DNA from: an uncultured Candidatus Poseidoniales archaeon
GTDB taxonomy: Archaea > Thermoplasmatota > Poseidoniia > Poseidoniales > Thalassarchaeaceae
NCBI GenBank assembly: GCA_964414525.1
Contig: CAYPWN010000002.1
Span: 1-55,910 of the forward strand
Direction: 5' to 3'
DNA length: 55,910 nt
The translations under genes and the position numbers were made by a program. This document shows positions 52,243-55,910 of this stretch, one piece after another (the first letter of the stretch is position 1; each line of letters opens with the position of its first letter). A model generated the notes under the pieces. That model worked only from the letters and a program-made list of their open reading frames with translations, did not search any database and was not told the origin of the DNA.

Positions 52243-53655
52243 ATGACAAACTACGGATTCGTAATCGACAACAGAACCTGCATAGGTTGCCACGCGTGTA
52301 CCGTGGCATGCAAGTCAGAGCATGACGTTCCGATAGGGGTCAACAGGACTCACGTGAAGTACATCGAGAAGGGATCATACCCCCACTCAACAAGAGAGTT
52401 CAGTGTCCACAGGTGCAACCATTGCGAGGACTCCCCATGCACGACAATTTGCCCCACAACAGCCCTATTCACAAGATCGGACGGGATTGTTGACTTCGAT
52501 GATGATAGGTGCATTGGCTGCAAGTCATGCATGCAGGCCTGCCCATACGACGCGTTATACATAGACCCGAACAAAGGTACTGCTGCGAAGTGCAACTACT
52601 GCGCACATAGGATAGAGAACTCATACGAGCCTGCGTGCGTAATTGTCTGCCCAACCGAGTCGATCGTATCAGGAGACCTGGACGACCCAGAGTCCAGGAT
52701 TTCCCAGATTGTGTCTACTCAAAACACGACAGTAAGGAAGCCGGAGTCTGGGGCCAATCCAAACGTGTACTACATCGAGGCCAGCGAAGAGATGCTAGAC
52801 CCCGGTGCCACGGAGGTCACTGCTTCAGGGATGTGGACAGAGCAGGCTTTCGGTGTTGGGCATTTCGCAAAGTACGCAGAGAGCAGACTCGAGGGGGCCG
52901 ACACAACTTCAATGATCGTTCAGCTTGCACTTGAGAAGAAGGCAAAACAGGCAGCCCCGAGGGACCAGGCCATAATCAGGGACGTAATGGAAAGACTGTC
53001 TGACGAGTCTGGGGATGCGAAGAGAACCTACGACCAGCCAAGCAAGGGAGTACTATGGGGGTGGGAGGTCTCGGCATACATCTGGACGAAGGGGATATGC
53101 TCCGGGACATACGTCGTAGCAGTTCTAGCAATGCTCCTCGGACTGGTGGAAATGACAGATGGCCTCTGGGCGCTCACCATCGCAGTAGGAGTAATCTTCC
53201 TTGGTCTGACTGGAATTCTACTCGTAATCGACCTTGACAGGCCCGAGAGGTTCCTCTACGTACTTCTAAGGCCAAATTGGGACTCTTGGCTCGTTAAGGG
53301 TGCATTCATCCTCTCCGGATATGGAGGGGTTCTGGCCGCAAGCGGAGCCGTACTTGTTCTGGACTTGGACAGGTCCCTTCTGACAATTCTTGCCATTGCT
53401 GGCGTTCCACTTGCGGTCCTGACGGGAGTTTACACTGCATGGTTGCTCATGCAGGCTAAGGGCAGGTCTTGGTCACAAGACACCCTCTTACCTGCGAAGT
53501 TCCTATTGGAGACACTGGTGGCAGGAGCGGCAGTCTTCGTACCGCTTGCAACCATGGAACCATTGGCAATCGGCATAGGGGCAGTGGTACTGGCTGCAGT
53601 CCTACTGCATGACAAGAGGCTTGTTGTGAAACCGCAGATGGAGCCATTGCTGTGA
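52243..53655 (+). CDS. Fusion of a four-cluster 4Fe-4S ferredoxin subunit (PsrB/DmsB-like) with a short NrfD/PsrC-like membrane domain
   Basis: Starts at the ATG at 52243 (MTNYGFVIDNRTCIGCHACTVACK). The Cys groups are 'CIGCHACTVAC', 'CNHCEDSPCTTICP', 'CIGCKSCMQACP' and 'CNYCAHR...PACVIVCP'. The C-terminal half has about 5-6 TM helices and the NrfD-family 'LDRPERF' motif (about 53236-53253). No signal or Tat motif is present. Confidence 0.8.
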   Translation: MTNYGFVIDNRTCIGCHACTVACKSEHDVPIGVNRTHVKYIEKGSYPHSTREFSVHRCNHCEDSPCTTICPTTALFTRSDGIVDFDDDRCIGCKSCMQACPYDALYIDPNKGTAAKCNYCAHRIENSYEPACVIVCPTESIVSGDLDDPESRISQIVSTQNTTVRKPESGANPNVYYIEASEEMLDPGATEVTASGMWTEQAFGVGHFAKYAESRLEGADTTSMIVQLALEKKAKQAAPRDQAIIRDVMERLSDESGDAKRTYDQPSKGVLWGWEVSAYIWTKGICSGTYVVAVLAMLLGLVEMTDGLWALTIAVGVIFLGLTGILLVIDLDRPERFLYVLLRPNWDSWLVKGAFILSGYGGVLAASGAVLVLDLDRSLLTILAIAGVPLAVLTGVYTAWLLMQAKGRSWSQDTLLPAKFLLETLVAGAAVFVPLATMEPLAIGIGAVVLAAVLLHDKRLVVKPQMEPLL

Positions 53656-53664
53656 GGTGCTAAT

Positions 53665-55910
53665 GTGGGGAGGACTTTCATCGAGGGCATCGCTCAGAAG
53701 CTAAGGATAATTCCAGACCTTGATCGCGAGAGGGCAAAAGGAGCAAGTGGCCCTCTCAGGACATTCCCGGATCCTCACGAGTGGCACGACCACATCGAGT
53801 TGGATGCCAACGAGTGGCCGAAGATGGTCGAGAAGAGGTACTCCCTTGTGCCCACGACCTGCTTCAACTGCGAGTCTGCTTGCGGCCTACTAGCCTACGT
53901 GGACAAGGAGTCTGGACAGGTATCCAAGTTCGAGGGCAACCCCCACCACCCGGGGAGCAGGGGCAGAAACTGCGCCAAGGGGCCCGCGACAATCAACCAA
54001 ATCAACGACACTGAGAGGATTCTGCACCCCATGAAGAGAGTCGGACAGAGGGGGGATGGTGGTTGGGAGACAATTAGTTGGGAGCAGGCATTGGACGAAA
54101 TCTCGTCGAAAATCAGGGATTCGCTAAAGACCGGTGCTAAGGACCGAGTGGTCTACCATGTTGGCCGTCCGGGCCACGAAGGATACACAAACAGGGTCCT
54201 AAAGGCGTGGGGAGTCGATGGCCACAACAGCCACACAAACATCTGCTCTGCGGGGGCAAGAACCGGTTACGCGCTCTGGCACCGGCATGACAGGCCCTCG
54301 CCGGATCACTCTAACGCCAAGGTAATCCTGCTAACCTCCTCTCACCTAGAGACTGGCCATTACTTCAATCCACATGCGCAGAGGATTCTGGAGGGCATGA
54401 TGGATGGGGCCAAGCTAGTCGTGATTGATCCAAGGCTATCCAACACAGCTGCGATGTCTGACCATTGGGTCCCTACTTGGCCCGGATCAGAGACTGCCCT
54501 TTTCCTAGCATGGGCCAGTATGATTCTTGAGCGTGATATGTATGACAGAGATTTCATGGAGAACTGGGTTAACTGGCAAATGTGGATGGAGGCAGAACAT
54601 CCTGACGAGCCAATGGATTTCGACCGTTTCATCTTCCTACTGAAGGAGGAGTACTCGGAGTATACCCCCGAGTTCGCAGCAAACGAGTGCAGAATACCTG
54701 TGGAACAGGTAATAGAAGTGGGGGAGCTAGTCGCTGGGGCTGGCAAAAGGCTCTCCACACACGTCTGGAGGGCTGCTGCGATAGGAAATCTGGGCGGTTG
54801 GCAGGTCAGCCGGACCCTGCACCTGCTGAATGTACTGACGGGGAGCGTGGGTACGGAGGGGGGGACTTCTCCGAACTCCTGGTCCAAGTACAAGCCGGAG
54901 CTGTTCGACGTTCCTCCGGACCCCGACGGGTGGAACGAGCTACACTTCCCCCCAGAATACACGCTCTCACACTACGAGATGAGTCACATACTCCCCCACC
55001 TAGTCAAGGATGGTAGAGGGTCTATGGACGTCTACTTCACTAGAGTCTTCAACCCGGTATGGACGTACCCGGACGGTTTCTCCTGGATAGAGATGCTTCA
55101 GAACGAGGAGTCAGTTGGGTGCCACGTGGCCCTGACGCCGACATGGAATGAGACCGCTTTCTTCGCGGACTACGTCCTTCCAATGGGGCACGCATCCGAG
55201 AGGCATGACGTCAACTCGTATGCGACTAGCTCGGGAAAGTGGGTCGCCTTTAGGCAGCCAGTTCTTAGGGAGTACGCTAGAAGAGAGGGACGAGAAGTAG
55301 AGTTCACACACGAGGTGAATCCCGGGGAGGTCTGGGAGGAGGACGAGTTCTGGAACGAGCTGTCATGGAGGATCGATGATGGCACGATGGGGATTCGGGA
55401 GCACTTCATGAGCCCCTACAGGGAGGGCGAGAGAATCACCATCGACGAGTACTACCAGTACATGTTCGAGAGGGTCCCGGGGCTCCCTGAGGCAGCTGAT
55501 GCGGAAGGAACAGACCCCCTTGGCTACATGAGGAAGCATGGTGCATTCCTGATAGAAGAGGCTACCTACGGAAAGCACGAGGAGGAGGGTTGGCCCACCC
55601 CCAGCGGGAAGCAGGAGCTCTACTCGAACAGCATGGTTGAGTTCGGATACCCAGAGCACTCGATACCACATTACAGAATCAAGAGCCACGTCCATCCTGA
55701 CAACCTGAAGGGTGAGGACGAGTACTGCCTCCTCCCCAACTTCCGCCTACCTCAGCACATCCACTCGAGGTCTGCCAACGCGAAATGGCTTGCAGAGATA
55801 GGCCATCGGAATCCATTGTGGGTACACCCCAATGACGCTGAGAAGCTAGGGGTGGGGGAGGGGGACCTGCTGAAGGTGGAGACGGAGATAGGATGGTTCA
55901 TCGACAAGGT
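53665..55910 (+). CDS. Molybdopterin (bis-MGD) oxidoreductase catalytic subunit, 3'-truncated by the window end
   Basis: This open frame is absent from the ORF track because it has no stop in the window. Hand translation gives the 4Fe-4S motif 'CFNCESACGLL...27 aa...RNCAKG' (53860 onward), 'HTNICSAGAR' (a candidate Mo-ligand Cys), 'KLVVIDPRLSNTA' and a C-terminal barrel segment 'VHPNDAEKLGVGEGDLLKVETEIG'. The start is either GTG 53665 (after GAGGTG) or ATG 53824. Neither start yields a twin-arginine signal. Confidence 0.85.
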   Translation, partial: MGRTFIEGIAQKLRIIPDLDRERAKGASGPLRTFPDPHEWHDHIELDANEWPKMVEKRYSLVPTTCFNCESACGLLAYVDKESGQVSKFEGNPHHPGSRGRNCAKGPATINQINDTERILHPMKRVGQRGDGGWETISWEQALDEISSKIRDSLKTGAKDRVVYHVGRPGHEGYTNRVLKAWGVDGHNSHTNICSAGARTGYALWHRHDRPSPDHSNAKVILLTSSHLETGHYFNPHAQRILEGMMDGAKLVVIDPRLSNTAAMSDHWVPTWPGSETALFLAWASMILERDMYDRDFMENWVNWQMWMEAEHPDEPMDFDRFIFLLKEEYSEYTPEFAANECRIPVEQVIEVGELVAGAGKRLSTHVWRAAAIGNLGGWQVSRTLHLLNVLTGSVGTEGGTSPNSWSKYKPELFDVPPDPDGWNELHFPPEYTLSHYEMSHILPHLVKDGRGSMDVYFTRVFNPVWTYPDGFSWIEMLQNEESVGCHVALTPTWNETAFFADYVLPMGHASERHDVNSYATSSGKWVAFRQPVLREYARREGREVEFTHEVNPGEVWEEDEFWNELSWRIDDGTMGIREHFMSPYREGERITIDEYYQYMFERVPGLPEAADAEGTDPLGYMRKHGAFLIEEATYGKHEEEGWPTPSGKQELYSNSMVEFGYPEHSIPHYRIKSHVHPDNLKGEDEYCLLPNFRLPQHIHSRSANAKWLAEIGHRNPLWVHPNDAEKLGVGEGDLLKVETEIGWFIDK

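Noticed and set aside
53653-53667. The TGA stop of the FeS/NrfD gene is in the same frame as the downstream Mo-subunit gene. This raises the idea of selenocysteine insertion or readthrough producing one BCA polyprotein.
   Set aside because: Being in the same frame has a one-in-three chance expectation. A GAGGTG Shine-Dalgarno-like element and a GTG start sit directly after the stop. I see no SECIS-like structure. The C-terminus of the membrane domain ends naturally.
54360-55695. Minus-strand ORFs 54360-54962 (200 aa) and 55363-55695 (110 aa), plus the plus-strand ORFs 53781-54014 and 54687-55016.
   Set aside because: All fall inside the open-ended plus-strand frame that encodes an unmistakable molybdopterin oxidoreductase. 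That frame is missing from the track only because it has no stop in the window.
1-55910. I looked for CRISPR arrays, transposases or integrases, IS-type inverted repeats, prophage genes, rRNA genes and additional tRNAs.
   Set aside because: None were recognised by eye. Apart from protein-level repeats in the giant gene and the 21-bp linker duplication, I saw no periodic direct repeats. This is a manual scan, so short or degenerate elements could have been missed. tRNAscan-SE, Infernal/Rfam and a repeat finder should be run.

Overview
This window is a densely coding archaeal chromosomal segment with about 48 genes and very short intergenic gaps. The archaeal assignment rests on aRF1, aIF-2 beta, class I LysRS, aTrm56, archaeal-type UMP kinase, a NOG1-like GTPase and XPD. 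An acidic proteome, a 2-oxoacid dehydrogenase complex and a giant glycoprotein-like adhesin suggest a marine planktonic Thermoplasmatota / Marine-Group-II-like euryarchaeon, but that is inference only.

Most of the window is housekeeping:
- argS, prf1, pyrH, eIF2-beta, dut, lysS, carAB, trm56 and folP.
- A compact lipA / E1alpha / E1beta / E2 / E3 / lipB 2-oxoacid dehydrogenase and lipoylation operon.
- One tRNA-Leu(UAA).

The parts that do not look like routine core genes are:
1. A 12-kb tandem pair of surface-protein genes (984 aa and 2994 aa) next to the tRNA. The larger one combines at least 15 TSP3-type Ca-binding repeats, a transglutaminase-like core with an apparently non-canonical triad, about 5 kb of Ig-like repeats, and a C-terminal TM plus a DUF4129-like cytoplasmic tail.
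2. A protein of about 970 aa with tandem (pseudo)receiver domains, a PPDK-N ATP-grasp and an unassigned C-terminal domain. Upstream are a two-RHH regulator, a candidate operator and two GC hairpins.
3. A molybdopterin oxidoreductase locus with a fused 4Fe-4S / short NrfD-like subunit and a catalytic subunit with no twin-arginine signal. The catalytic gene runs off the window end.
4. A SAP-domain / TM / M28-peptidase fusion.
5. An uncalled 38-aa CPxCG zinc-ribbon ORF.

I saw no CRISPR array, transposase, integrase or recognisable defence system. All domain calls come from motif recognition by eye. No database search was run, so family names need HMM or structure confirmation.
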